Origin: an uncultured delta proteobacterium | Lineage (GTDB): Bacteria; Desulfobacterota; Desulfobacteria; Desulfobacterales; JAFDCJ01 | DNA length: 64,000 bases | Assembly (NCBI GenBank): GCA_963769935.1 | Contig: CAVYNY010000022.1 | Span: forward strand, 608,001 to 672,000 | Direction: 5' to 3' | Shown here: piece after piece, positions 10,896 to 20,604 of the stretch | Numbering within the stretch: position 1 is the first letter of the stretch | Layout: the number at the start of each line of letters is the position of its first letter | The notes under the pieces: model-generated | Database searches by the model: none | What the model saw: the letters and a program-made list of their open reading frames with translations, nothing else | What the model was told of the DNA's origin: nothing | Program-made: the position numbers and the translations under genes

Positions 10896-11634
10896 GGCTA
10901 CCGGTCTGATGGTCTTTTACGAAAACATGCTGGCATTGAATAATGTCGCCATCAAATGTGATGAGAACCAAATTGTGGGAGTATTTGGGGCCAACAGCGC
11001 CGGAAAATCGACGCTGATGTATATGCTATCCGGCATCATCGAGGATATTAGAAAAAAAGAAGAAATGGCCGGCGGCGAGCGGATCAGCGTTCTCGGAAAT
11101 ATAAAATATTTAGGCGAAGAGATCATGGGGCTTAAACCCAGCCGGCGGGCTAAAAAAGGGCTGGTACTCTGCCCGGAAAGACGCCGGATTTTCAAGGAAT
11201 GCACGGTGCTGGAAAATTTGCGGATCGGCGGCTATCTGGCTTCCGCCTCCCAGGCGAAAGCGACGCTGGAATATGTATTCAAGGTTTTCCCGGCTTTGGA
11301 AAAACTTCAAAAAAGGATCGGCGGATTCTTAAGCGGCGGCGAGCAGCAAATGCTGGCCATCGGACGGGCCCTGATGGCTCAGCCCAAATTGCTGCTGCTG
11401 GACGAACCCTTACTGGGTCTAAGCCCCTTGATGCAGGCCATCCTGGTGCGGGCAACCCGGGAGATCCGCGATGAACAGGGAATCTCCATCATCGTCACCG
11501 AACAGTATGCAAGGCCGGTCCTGCCGATAGTGGATTATGCGTTTATTCTCGAAAATGGGGCCGCGGTTCTGGAGGGTACCCGCGATGATCTGATGAATAA
11601 TCCGGATATTCGGTCTGCGTATTTCGGAGTGTAG
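10888..11634 (+). CDS. LivF-like ABC ATP-binding protein
   Basis: GANSAGKS, LSGGEQQMLAIGRALM, LLDEP. Confidence 0.94.
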   Translation: MIEATGLMVFYENMLALNNVAIKCDENQIVGVFGANSAGKSTLMYMLSGIIEDIRKKEEMAGGERISVLGNIKYLGEEIMGLKPSRRAKKGLVLCPERRRIFKECTVLENLRIGGYLASASQAKATLEYVFKVFPALEKLQKRIGGFLSGGEQQMLAIGRALMAQPKLLLLDEPLLGLSPLMQAILVRATREIRDEQGISIIVTEQYARPVLPIVDYAFILENGAAVLEGTRDDLMNNPDIRSAYFGV

Positions 11635-11635
11635 G

Positions 11636-11788
11636 TCGGTTGGCCGGTTAAGCCCGTTTGCCGGTTAGCCGGTCAAAAAACAAATCCCACTTAAACGGGC
11701 TAACGGGCCAACGGGCCAACGGGCCAACGGGCCAACGGGCACACGGGCATACGGGCAAACGGGCACACGGGCAAACGGGCCAACCGGA
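11636..11788. repeat. Octamer tandem array with a shorter inverted arm
   Basis: 11 units of NNacgggc at 11693-11780; upstream gccggtta/gcccgttt units are complementary. Confidence 0.9.
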
Positions 11789-11806
11789 TCAGGGAGTAAT
11801 CGGAGC

Positions 11807-13459
11807 ATGAACCAAAAGGCAGAGACACTGGAGCGGGAATTAACCTTTACGCGATTCGAGCAGATGAGTGCCCGTTATCCGGAAAAAACCGCCGTGATAT
11901 ACCTGGGAGAACAGTTTTCTTTTTTACAATTGCATGACTTGAGTGAACGGTTTGCCGGTGCTCTGGTCGATCTCGGGGTTAAAAAGGGCGATAAGGTCAT
12001 GATCTATATCTCCAACTGCATCCAGTGGGTCATCGCCTTTCTGGGTATCCAGAAAATAGGTGCCGTGCTGGTGCCGGTCTCACCCATCTATACATCCCAC
12101 GAACTTGATTACATGCTCAAGGACTCGGGGGCCGAAACGATTATCTGCCTGGATACAAATTTTTGCTATGCCAGCGAAGTTTTTTCCGGAACCGGGCTTA
12201 AAAGAATCATTGTCACCAACCTGGCGGACCTGCTGCCGTTCTGGAAGCGGTATCTGGGTGTTCTGTTCGATAAAATTCCCCATGGCACCGTGGAAAAGGG
12301 CCAGGGAATATATGCGTTCAGATCGCTTTTAAAACACCCGCCTCTAAAGACCCGGGCCGATCTGGATCCCAGGCAAGACCTTGCATATATACTCTACACC
12401 GGAGGAACAACGGGATTTCCTAAAGGTGTTCCGGGCAATCACATCGGGATGGTCTCATATGTGAACGACGTAACGGATGACGTGGCCGGCGACCATCTCA
12501 AGGAAGGCGGCGATGTTTATATCGCCGTCAATCCCCTTTTTCACATAATGGCGTTAGGACTGTTCATGGCTCTGGGATTGAACAAGGGTAATGCCACGGC
12601 CCTGATGCCGGTGCCCCAGGTGGATGCGATTCTTGAGACGGTCCGGCGCCATCAAGTCCGCTGGTTTCTCGGGGTGCCCGCCTTATACCGTATGATTTTG
12701 GAAAACGACCGCCTCGAACAATACGATCTGAGTTCTCTGCGCTATTGCTACTGCGGTGGAGACGTACTGCCGCTGGAGGTGTTCAACCGCTGGAAAGAGC
12801 GATTCGGGATTCCCATCTACCAGGTTTACGGTTCCACTGAAGCCGGCCATGTTACTTACAGCCGCATCGAAGAAAACCCCAAGCCGAACACCCTTGGCCT
12901 TCCGCTGAAAAGCAGAGAATGTATTGTCGTGGATCCGGAAACCCTCAAGCCTGTTCCTCCCGGTGAAATCGGAGAACTGCTGGTCACATCGCCCTATACC
13001 GTAAAAGAATATTGGAATAAGGTCGAGGAAACCCGGCGCTCCTACGTGGATATCAATGGAAAGACCTACTATCGCATGAGTGACTTTGTCAGGCAGGATC
13101 CGGACGGAGAACTTGTCTATATTGAGCGTTCGGCCGATATTATCAAACATAAAGCTTACCGAATCTCCGCTTCGGAGGTAGAGGCCGTGCTGCAGGACCA
13201 TCCCACGGTGATCGGAGCCTGCGTGGTGGGAGTTCCCGACCCCAAAGTCGGGGAGCGGGTTAAGGCCATTGTGGTTTTGAAGTCCGATGCCAGAGGGGTG
13301 GGCGGGGCCGAGCTCCTCCAGTGGTGTCGCGAGAAACTGGCACCCTATAAGGTCCCGGGCTACATCGAGTTCCGGGACATGCTGCCTAAATCCAAAGTCG
13401 GTAAATTGCTGCGCAGAGAAATCCGCGACGAGGAGCGCCGGCGGATTGCTAAAGAATAA
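11807..13459 (+). CDS. Acyl-CoA synthetase (AMP-forming)
   Basis: YTGGTTGFPKG, YGSTE, GELLV, LPKSKVGK. Confidence 0.93.
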   Translation: MNQKAETLERELTFTRFEQMSARYPEKTAVIYLGEQFSFLQLHDLSERFAGALVDLGVKKGDKVMIYISNCIQWVIAFLGIQKIGAVLVPVSPIYTSHELDYMLKDSGAETIICLDTNFCYASEVFSGTGLKRIIVTNLADLLPFWKRYLGVLFDKIPHGTVEKGQGIYAFRSLLKHPPLKTRADLDPRQDLAYILYTGGTTGFPKGVPGNHIGMVSYVNDVTDDVAGDHLKEGGDVYIAVNPLFHIMALGLFMALGLNKGNATALMPVPQVDAILETVRRHQVRWFLGVPALYRMILENDRLEQYDLSSLRYCYCGGDVLPLEVFNRWKERFGIPIYQVYGSTEAGHVTYSRIEENPKPNTLGLPLKSRECIVVDPETLKPVPPGEIGELLVTSPYTVKEYWNKVEETRRSYVDINGKTYYRMSDFVRQDPDGELVYIERSADIIKHKAYRISASEVEAVLQDHPTVIGACVVGVPDPKVGERVKAIVVLKSDARGVGGAELLQWCREKLAPYKVPGYIEFRDMLPKSKVGKLLRREIRDEERRRIAKE

Positions 13460-13515
13460 GCATACGACGGGTTCCCCTGCCTTTGCAGCCGTCGGGCCCT
13501 TCAGTAAATTCCCGT

Positions 13516-14097
13516 CTAGTCATCCACTTTCCGGTAGCGCTGGTAGTGAACCTTGGATGCCTTGCGAAGGGGCGCTTTAATCGATTCCCTGGCCTGGCCG
13601 ATGGGCAATATTCCGGCGATTTCAAGATGCTGCGGTATGTCCAGGGCCTCGCGAAGTTTTTCCGGCGCAAAGAAGGTAAACCAAAGCGTCTCCAGCCCCA
13701 TGTCCGATGCCGCCAGCATCATGTTTTGAATACAGGCGGAAGCCGCCTGCAGCGCACCGTGTTTCTGACCGAAGAAGCCGCCCAAGCCGCCTTTGCCCGG
13801 ATCAACCGTGACGACTATCAGGACGGGCGCCTCCTGCAAAAAGTCCATGCCATACTTGGCCGCCCAGGCGGGACCGCCGTTGTCAAGCACAGCCTGCCTG
13901 GCTGCTTCGCCGATTTTGCGGACTTGAGCCTTAACGGTTTCATCCGAGATGACGATAAATTCCCAGGGCTGGGCATTCAAGGGGCTGGGTGCCCATTGGC
14001 CGGCCTCCAGGATGACCGCCAGCTGTTTATCTGTGACCGCCGAACTTTCAAACGCCCGGCAGCTGCGCCTTGCCTTAACCAGTGTCCTGAACTCCAT
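13516..14097 (-). CDS. Nitroreductase family protein
   Basis: RRSCRAF, APSPLNAQPWEF, QNMMLAA..GL; RBS ggaggagg. Confidence 0.92.
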   Translation of the reverse strand: MEFRTLVKARRSCRAFESSAVTDKQLAVILEAGQWAPSPLNAQPWEFIVISDETVKAQVRKIGEAARQAVLDNGGPAWAAKYGMDFLQEAPVLIVVTVDPGKGGLGGFFGQKHGALQAASACIQNMMLAASDMGLETLWFTFFAPEKLREALDIPQHLEIAGILPIGQARESIKAPLRKASKVHYQRYRKVDD

Positions 14098-14195
14098 GAT
14101 CGACCTCCTCCTCCGTTATTGTCATTTACCCACATTGAAAAACCGGTTCTCTGGGCCAAGTCAGGGGAAATTGGTTGTGCCGTAAATGAATGACT

Positions 14196-14352
14196 TGGGG
14201 TAGTGGAATAATGGAGTGTTGGAGTATTGGGTTAGGTGGAATTAGATCGGTTTTTATATGAAGGGTGCAAGACGGAAAATAAAAATAAACCATCATCCGC
14301 TTTTGATCGGCTGTATTCAATATTCCATTACTCCACCACTCCATCACTCCAT
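14196..14352. repeat. Inverted octamer micro-repeat element (tggagtrt family), copy 1
   Basis: tggaataa-tggagtgt-tggagtat ... tattccat-tactccac-cactccat-cactccat. Confidence 0.8.
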
Positions 14353-14437
14353 GGGTTTTCAGACAGCCCAGACCACCTCTGTGAGGTGAATTCAAACCTG
14401 GCCGTCGGCGAGAGGCATCCGGGTCATCATCCTTTAT

Positions 14438-15470
14438 TCATTGCCGCTGAAATTCCGGCTTAAGGGTTCGGTTGATTTCCTCCGGCAAGTGCCATACAAA
14501 GGGTCTCGTTGTAGAGGTTGCGAAGCGCACCGATGTCCGGCGTACCCAAGGCCTGGTTAAAAAAAGTACGCGGCGAGAAGACCAGATGCACGCGCGCAAA
14601 TCCGTCGCCCGGGGCTCCGGTGAAAAAATTCATATTAAAATTGTAGATGCCCATTTTATCATAAGCCGCCATGGCGCGGGTCAGTCCGGCGGCGATGTCA
14701 AGCAGGTCTTCATCCGTCAGCTCGATCGTGCAGTCCACGCCCTCAACCACCGCCAGGACGTCTCCGGCCACTCCCATCGGCGCATAGGCACTGAACCAAT
14801 GGGTTCGGCCGATTTCAGCTAAAAACCGTTCGCCGCTTTTGGTTTCGGCTGCAACCAGATCATCCCAGTAGTTTGTGCCGTTGATTTCCATGTAGCATTT
14901 CGCGGCCTCAAGTTCCTCACGCATCAGGTTGGGAGCGAATGCGGTGGCGAATACCTGCAGATGAGGATGGATCAATGAGCTGCCTGAGGCCGGCATGTAA
15001 TTCCAGTTTATCAGATGGTAGACCGACTCCGGGTGTTTCAGCTCGTGAATCCGCCGGAAAAAACGCATCGCCAGTCGTAAGGCACCTGCAATGCGCTGCG
15101 GTTCGATTTGAGTCATGGGAATATAGTGCTGCGCTCCCAGAGTGGCCACCGCCCCGAGGCTGTCATAGGGTGCGATGTTTGGGAAAAGCACTTTGTCATC
15201 CAGTACCATACGGCCTTCAGCAACAATTTCTTCCGGGAAACAGGGGGTAACCTTCATCACCTTATCCGGGCAGAAAGGGCACCATTGTTCGGTCCCGGCC
15301 ACGAGTTTGTCAAAATCGGGTTTTTCCCATTTAAGTGCCATGAAATGGCAGATGCGGGCGGTGCGCCCGGTCAGCGGATCGCGGCGAATTTCACTCGCAA
15401 TGGCCTTGCGGGTCATCTTATTGCCCGGATCAAGAATAACGGTCTCCCGGGAGACGGTCTCAAAATTCAT
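14438..15470 (-). CDS. GalT-like HIT nucleotidyltransferase, paralog 2 (apparent +1 frameshift near 14490)
   Basis: RRDPLTG, CPFC, HPHLQ; removing one base restores the tail LPEEINRTLKPEFQRQ*, matching paralog 1. Confidence 0.82.
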
Positions 15471-15557
15471 ATACCCTCCTCTAATTTGGTTGATACTGAC
15501 TTCAATATTTAAACAAAAATGTTAAACCCGTAATATGCCGTATTCAAGGCGGATTCA

Positions 15558-16580
15558 TTAAAATTCGGGCTTCAACAACGCATTAATTTCCTCCGGAAAC
15601 CCCATACAAACGCTTTCGCCAAAAAGGCGGCCCAGGGAGGCGACGTCCGGCGTGCCGATGGACGGGTTAAAATAGATGCGCGGCGAGAAAATAAGGTGAA
15701 AGCGCGCATGATCATCATTTTGTGATCCGGCGAAAAAGCTCATATTAAAATTGTAGATACCGATGCGATCGTAGGCCGCCATCAACTTTGTCATACCTGT
15801 GGCCAGATCCAGCAGATCATCATCGGTAAGCTCGAGCGTTGATCTTACACCATCAGCGACGGCGATGACATCCCCGACGGTACCCAGGGGCGCAAATACC
15901 GTGAGCCACGTCGTGCGGCCGATCTCTCCTAAAAACCGAGTGCGGTTTTCCTTTTCCGCAGCAATCAGATCATCCCAATAATTTGTTTTATTGGCCTCCA
16001 GGTAAGTTTTGGCGGCTGCCAGCTTTTCGCGCAGCAAATTGGGAGCAAAGCAGGATGCAAATACCTGCAGGTGCGGATGGATGATGGAACTGCCCGAGGC
16101 CGGCATGTAGTTCCAGCTGATCAGGTGGTATACCGATTCCGGGTGGTTCATGGCGTGCAGATGCCGGAAGTACTTCAACGCCAGACGGAAGCCGTCGGCA
16201 ACGGTCTGCGGCTCGATTTCCGTCATCGGAATATAGTGCCGGGGACCCAAAGTGGCCACCGCTCCCATGCGGTCATAGGGTGCGATATTGGGAAATAAAA
16301 CCTTATCACCCAGGGTCATGCGGCCTTCAGGAACGATTTCCGGGGGGAAACACGGCGTGACCACCAGCACTTTTTCCGGGCAAAAGGGGCACCAGGTCTC
16401 GGTTCCGGCAACCAGTTTTTCTAAATCGGGTTTTTTCCAATTAAGTTCTCTGAAATGGCAGATGCGGGAGGTTCTGCCGGTGAGCGGGTCTTTGCGGATT
16501 TCATTCGGGATATGCTTAGGGGCCAGATTGTTGCTGGGATCCAATAAGACTGTCTCGCGTGGTATTGCCTCAAAATTCAT
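15558..16580 (-). CDS. GalT-like HIT nucleotidyltransferase, paralog 1
   Basis: RKDPLTG, CPFC, FPN..P, SGSSIIHPHLQ (HxHxQ). Confidence 0.85.
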   Translation of the reverse strand: MNFEAIPRETVLLDPSNNLAPKHIPNEIRKDPLTGRTSRICHFRELNWKKPDLEKLVAGTETWCPFCPEKVLVVTPCFPPEIVPEGRMTLGDKVLFPNIAPYDRMGAVATLGPRHYIPMTEIEPQTVADGFRLALKYFRHLHAMNHPESVYHLISWNYMPASGSSIIHPHLQVFASCFAPNLLREKLAAAKTYLEANKTNYWDDLIAAEKENRTRFLGEIGRTTWLTVFAPLGTVGDVIAVADGVRSTLELTDDDLLDLATGMTKLMAAYDRIGIYNFNMSFFAGSQNDDHARFHLIFSPRIYFNPSIGTPDVASLGRLFGESVCMGFPEEINALLKPEF

Positions 16581-16591
16581 TTTGCCTCCCC

Positions 16592-17251
16592 CTAATAGAA
16601 TGTTTCCGTGTAGATATTCGAATTCTCAAATTTTTCGTCCACCAGCCAGGTGACATCCCGGATCATCTCCCGGCGGCCGCATAGATAAAAATCATAAGCA
16701 GCCGGAGGCAGATGCCGCTGCAGATAGTCCGTCACCCGGCCGCTGAAATGTTTTCCGGATGATGGATATTCATTTGAAATGCAGGGAACGTATAGTTCGG
16801 CGGCGCTTGCAAACTCAGCCGCATAATAAAGATCGTCAGGGTTATTCACGCCGTGAAGCAACGTGAAGCCGCTTATGCCGGAGCGGACCATTGAACAAAA
16901 AGGTGCGATGCCGGCACCGGTGGCAACAAAAACGGGTGCGCGTCCAGATGGCTTGAAGGTGAAATACCCGTCCGGGCCTGAGATTTCAAAGCGGGTCCCG
17001 ATTTCAGCCTGACTCAGCACAGGGGTGAGCAGACCCGAATCAACTATGCGAATGCAAAAGACAATTTCAGGCTCCTGCGGTGTGGAAACCGGTGTGTAGT
17101 CCCTTTCTGCTATTTGATGGTGGAATCGCAGCCGCTGGCCGGGCCTGAATACGAGGTTTGAGGGCCGGCTGAACTTAATTTCAAAAGCTCGCTGGGAAAG
17201 CCATCGGCGCTCAATCAAGGTTAGTGAAATAGTTTTTATTTTTGCTTCCAA
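16592..17251 (-). CDS. FNR-family FAD/NAD(P)-binding oxidoreductase
   Basis: RDYT, GLLT, GPDG, ATGAGIAPF, YLCG, C-terminal ETFY. Confidence 0.9.
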   Translation of the reverse strand: MEAKIKTISLTLIERRWLSQRAFEIKFSRPSNLVFRPGQRLRFHHQIAERDYTPVSTPQEPEIVFCIRIVDSGLLTPVLSQAEIGTRFEISGPDGYFTFKPSGRAPVFVATGAGIAPFCSMVRSGISGFTLLHGVNNPDDLYYAAEFASAAELYVPCISNEYPSSGKHFSGRVTDYLQRHLPPAAYDFYLCGRREMIRDVTWLVDEKFENSNIYTETFY

Positions 17252-17808
17252 AGCGTATCCGGAACTCCCCGAAGCCGGTTGATGTACCTGGCCAGCACAA
17301 ACAGATAATCCGATAAACGATTCAGGTAAACGACGGCCAGCTGGAACTGTTCGGCCGCCGCCCCCCGGGAATATTCATCGGAAATACGAATGACATGCCG
17401 CTCCGCCCGGCGGCAGACGGATCGGCAGACATGGGCCCAGGCGGCCGCAGCATGGCCGCCAGGCAGGATAAAGCCGCTCAGTGCCGGCAATTTTGCATCC
17501 AAATCATCGATAGCCTGCTCGAACTCCCTGATCCGGTTGTCGGTGATTTTTTCAAGCGAATCCAGGGCCGGGGAATCCGGCGTTATGGCCAGTATCGCGC
17601 CGAGCTGAAACAGGTCTGACTGAATTCGCTGCAGGTCATCGGCAATATCCGGGTTTTTTTCCTTCAGTTCGGCAGTCAAGGCACCTAAGAGCGAATTTAA
17701 TTCATCGACATCGCCGTAGGCTTCGATCCGCCGATCGCTTTTTAGAACCCGTTCACCGCTGAAAAGGCTGGTTTTGCCGCGGTCGCCGGTGCCGGTGTAT
17801 ATCTTCAT
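17236..17808 (-). CDS. pduO: PduO-type ATP:cob(I)alamin adenosyltransferase
   Basis: KIYTGTGDRGKT, AYGDVDELNS, FILPGG, RSVCRRAER, YLNRLSDYLF. Confidence 0.95.
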   Translation of the reverse strand: MKIYTGTGDRGKTSLFSGERVLKSDRRIEAYGDVDELNSLLGALTAELKEKNPDIADDLQRIQSDLFQLGAILAITPDSPALDSLEKITDNRIREFEQAIDDLDAKLPALSGFILPGGHAAAAWAHVCRSVCRRAERHVIRISDEYSRGAAAEQFQLAVVYLNRLSDYLFVLARYINRLRGVPDTLWKQK

Positions 17809-17839
17809 GGTGTCTCCCGGTATTAGAAATGCTTTAAAA

Positions 17840-17960
17840 ACCTCGTCTAAGGCCCAATGGTTGCGTTGCGAGCCTCTTCAAAATGCTCAAATACTCCTTT
17901 GTATGCTGCGCTTTTTCATCGGCTCGCGCCTTGCCCTTGAACCTGATCCGAGCTTTTGAA
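17840..17960. repeat. Imperfect palindromic REP-like element; partial copy at 39873-39885
   Basis: Stem gcgagcc(17868)/ggctcgc(17921) with nested aaaatgc/gcttttt and atac/gtat; shared 13-mer ggttgcgttgcga. Confidence 0.5.
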
Positions 17961-17967
17961 CCCATTT

Positions 17968-18738
17968 CTAGAAAATTTCCTTGAAAAAGAACTGCATATA
18001 GTGCCAGGAGCGCTCGTCCGCCAGCTTGTTGTAGGCCAGTCCCTTAATACCATATTTGTCAGCAGCCGGATTGGTAAAACCGTGAACCGCGCCCCCGAAA
18101 AAGATCATTTGCCAGTCGACTCCGGATTTGCGCATGCCCTCCTGAAAAGCATTAATCGCTTCAGCCGAAATAAATCCGTCATCAGCGCCGTGGCAGATTA
18201 GAAACCTGGCCTTAATGCGGCTGAGATCCTCGGCCTTGGCTGCCGTCAGCCCGCCGTGAAAGGTTACGACACCGGCTAAATCCGCACCGCTGTATGCCAG
18301 CTCCAACACGGTGGTGCCGCCGAAACAGTAACCGATGGCGGCAATTTTTTTAGGATTTACCCGACTGTTGTTTCTTAATATGTCCAGGCCGGCTCGGGCG
18401 CGCTCACGCATCAGCGGCGTTCCCATAAGATGGCCGGAAAGGTCTTGGGCCTCTGCGGGATTTGTGGTCCAGATGCCCTTGCCGTACATGTCCAGGGCAA
18501 AGGCCACGTACCCGAGCCGGGCCAGCTTATCCACCCGCGATCGGACGTAGTCATTGAGCCCCCACCACTCGTGTACAACCAGCACGCCGGGACGCTTGCC
18601 CTGAGCGGCATCATCATAGGCCAGATAGCCTTCCAGGACCGCGCCGTTTTGGCTGTATTCAACCGGCTTCGACACAACCTTGGCGTTTGCTGAAGCCGCT
18701 AAGGCTAAAATACTGATAGCTAAAAGCATATGCTTCAT
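17968..18738 (-). CDS. Dienelactone hydrolase family protein, secreted
   Basis: HEWWGLN, GYCFGG, HGADD, HGFTNP; signal peptide. Confidence 0.93.
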   Translation of the reverse strand: MKHMLLAISILALAASANAKVVSKPVEYSQNGAVLEGYLAYDDAAQGKRPGVLVVHEWWGLNDYVRSRVDKLARLGYVAFALDMYGKGIWTTNPAEAQDLSGHLMGTPLMRERARAGLDILRNNSRVNPKKIAAIGYCFGGTTVLELAYSGADLAGVVTFHGGLTAAKAEDLSRIKARFLICHGADDGFISAEAINAFQEGMRKSGVDWQMIFFGGAVHGFTNPAADKYGIKGLAYNKLADERSWHYMQFFFKEIF

Positions 18739-18872
18739 AACTACCTCCTGCAACACACTTTGAGTGCTTTATCTCAATTAGAGTCTTAGTCATGGCTGAA
18801 GCGACTTTTTAAAATTTATGTATTTCCGACTTCAAGTCAATAGCAATTGGTGCGCTTCAGAAGGATACGTGT

Positions 18873-19844
18873 TCAGCAATCCAATATCTGCTTCATCGTG
18901 GCGGCGTCAATATTGCCGCCGGAGAGGATGACGCCGATCCGGTCTTTTGGCTTTACAGCGCCGCTTAAAAGCGCTGCAATTCCCAGGGCTCCCGAGGGTT
19001 CCACCACAAGTTTCATACGATAGAACAAAAACTTGACTGCTTCGATAATGGCGGATTCCGCAACGGTTTGCATGTCGTCGACGAATTCCTGCACCAGCGG
19101 AAACGTTACCTTGCCCAGCGACGGTGTGCGGGTGCCGTCCGCGATGGTAGGCGGATTTTTTACGGTATGCAGGCTGCCGGTGCGAAAAGAGCGGGTGGCA
19201 TCGTCGGCCAACTCCGGTTCGATGCCGATGACCCGGCAAGCCGGATTAATTCCCCGGGCGGCAATGGCCGAGCCGCTCAACAGTCCGCCACCGCCGCAGG
19301 GAACCAGCAACATGCCCAGATCTTTTTCCCTTTCCAACAATTCGAGAGCGGCGGTTCCCTGGCCGGTGACAATATCGAGGTGGTCATAGGGGGGAACCAG
19401 GGTATAGCCTTTTTCTTTTACAAGCTCCCGGCAGATCTTCTCGCGGGTGGTTTCGGCAGTATCATAATCGATAACGGCCGCGCCATATTCCTCGGTGGCC
19501 GTGCGTTTAACCGCCGGGGCGTTATTCGGCATCACCACCGTTGTCTGAATTCCGAGCAGTCGACCGACCAGGGCGACGGCCTGAGCATGGTTGCCTGAGG
19601 AATGCGTAATCACCCCGCGCTGCTTCTGCGCGCCGGTTAATTGAGACATGGCGTTGTAGGCCCCGCGAAATTTAAATGCTCCCATGCGCTGAAAATTTTC
19701 ACATTTCAGAAACACTTCCGCTCCGGTCAGCTGGTTTAAAGTTTGCGAGGTCATAACCGGCGTCACGTGCGCTGCGCCGTGCAGTCTTTGTTGGGCTTCT
19801 TTTACTAAATTGAACAGGTCATTTTCTTGCGTTGTGATTTTCAT
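18873..19844 (-). CDS. PLP-dependent Ser/Thr dehydratase (threo-3-hydroxy-aspartate ammonia-lyase-like)
   Basis: KCENFQRMGAFKFRGA, SSGNHAQ, GGGGL, SGGN. Confidence 0.93.
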   Translation of the reverse strand: MKITTQENDLFNLVKEAQQRLHGAAHVTPVMTSQTLNQLTGAEVFLKCENFQRMGAFKFRGAYNAMSQLTGAQKQRGVITHSSGNHAQAVALVGRLLGIQTTVVMPNNAPAVKRTATEEYGAAVIDYDTAETTREKICRELVKEKGYTLVPPYDHLDIVTGQGTAALELLEREKDLGMLLVPCGGGGLLSGSAIAARGINPACRVIGIEPELADDATRSFRTGSLHTVKNPPTIADGTRTPSLGKVTFPLVQEFVDDMQTVAESAIIEAVKFLFYRMKLVVEPSGALGIAALLSGAVKPKDRIGVILSGGNIDAATMKQILDC

Positions 19845-19987
19845 AAAATATGCCTTGATATCGAAATTACTTTATGTCAGTGGTCCGTTGTCCGTTGTTA
19901 AAAGCAGAGCGTCTTCATTCAAAGAACAACGGACAACTCCTAATAAACTTTAATCTGCGCGCATGGGTCGGAAACCTAAAAATATAT

Positions 19988-20563
19988 TCACTCGTTCGGC
20001 AGTCTTTCTTTCCAGGGATAGCTGTCTTTTTTAACGCGCGACCAGTACAATTCTCCCGAATTTCTCCACGGGTCCAGCACAATTCCTTCTGCAAACGGCT
20101 GTCCTGGGGCCGTAACCACAACCGTGTTGTGTTCCCGCAGCTCACTGCCGCGGTAGGCAACGCCCCAGTGCAGTTGAAAATTTTTTAACTCCAGCAAATA
20201 AAGGCGCTTCATCAGATCTTCCGTCCATTGGTAGCATAGACCGCGATCCCTTAAGCCTATTCGAACCAGCAGATTGTGAAGAATCGGCGGGCGGACCAGC
20301 CGGTATTCTCCAGCCAGATAGTAAGAGTAACTTATGGCTGTCTCCGCCAGCTGTTCGGCTTCCGCTGAATCTGTATGACCGTTGAGTGCCGCCAGATCAT
20401 TGCTCAGAGCGGCAATTTTTTCCCGGTACGCAAGTGCTTCCGGTCCGGCTGCCGGACTATCCCTGCCGGATGCGGCCGGACCGCTCTGATGCGCACCGGC
20501 GCAGGCATTCAGCAATACCACGATCAGTAGAAAAATAATGTATTTAAATTTTTTCGCCAACAT
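19988..20563 (-). CDS. Hypothetical lipoprotein
   Basis: Lipobox LNAC; RGLCYQW, EHN, LDPWR look like a Cys-His-Asp set. Confidence 0.75.
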   Translation of the reverse strand: MLAKKFKYIIFLLIVVLLNACAGAHQSGPAASGRDSPAAGPEALAYREKIAALSNDLAALNGHTDSAEAEQLAETAISYSYYLAGEYRLVRPPILHNLLVRIGLRDRGLCYQWTEDLMKRLYLLELKNFQLHWGVAYRGSELREHNTVVVTAPGQPFAEGIVLDPWRNSGELYWSRVKKDSYPWKERLPNE

Positions 20564-20604
20564 ATACGACCCATTTTCAATCCACAATCCGAATTCCGCC
20601 CTAC

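Noticed and set aside
11693..11788. Possible CRISPR array
   Set aside because: Contiguous 8-bp units with no spacers, and no cas genes
13516..14097. BluB assignment for the nitroreductase near pduO
   Set aside because: Lacks the RRDVR-type BluB signature; only a generic nitroreductase call is supported
17810..17965. Cobalamin riboswitch upstream of pduO
   Set aside because: No B12-box or GGGAA core recognised; looks like a palindromic repeat with a partial copy at 39873
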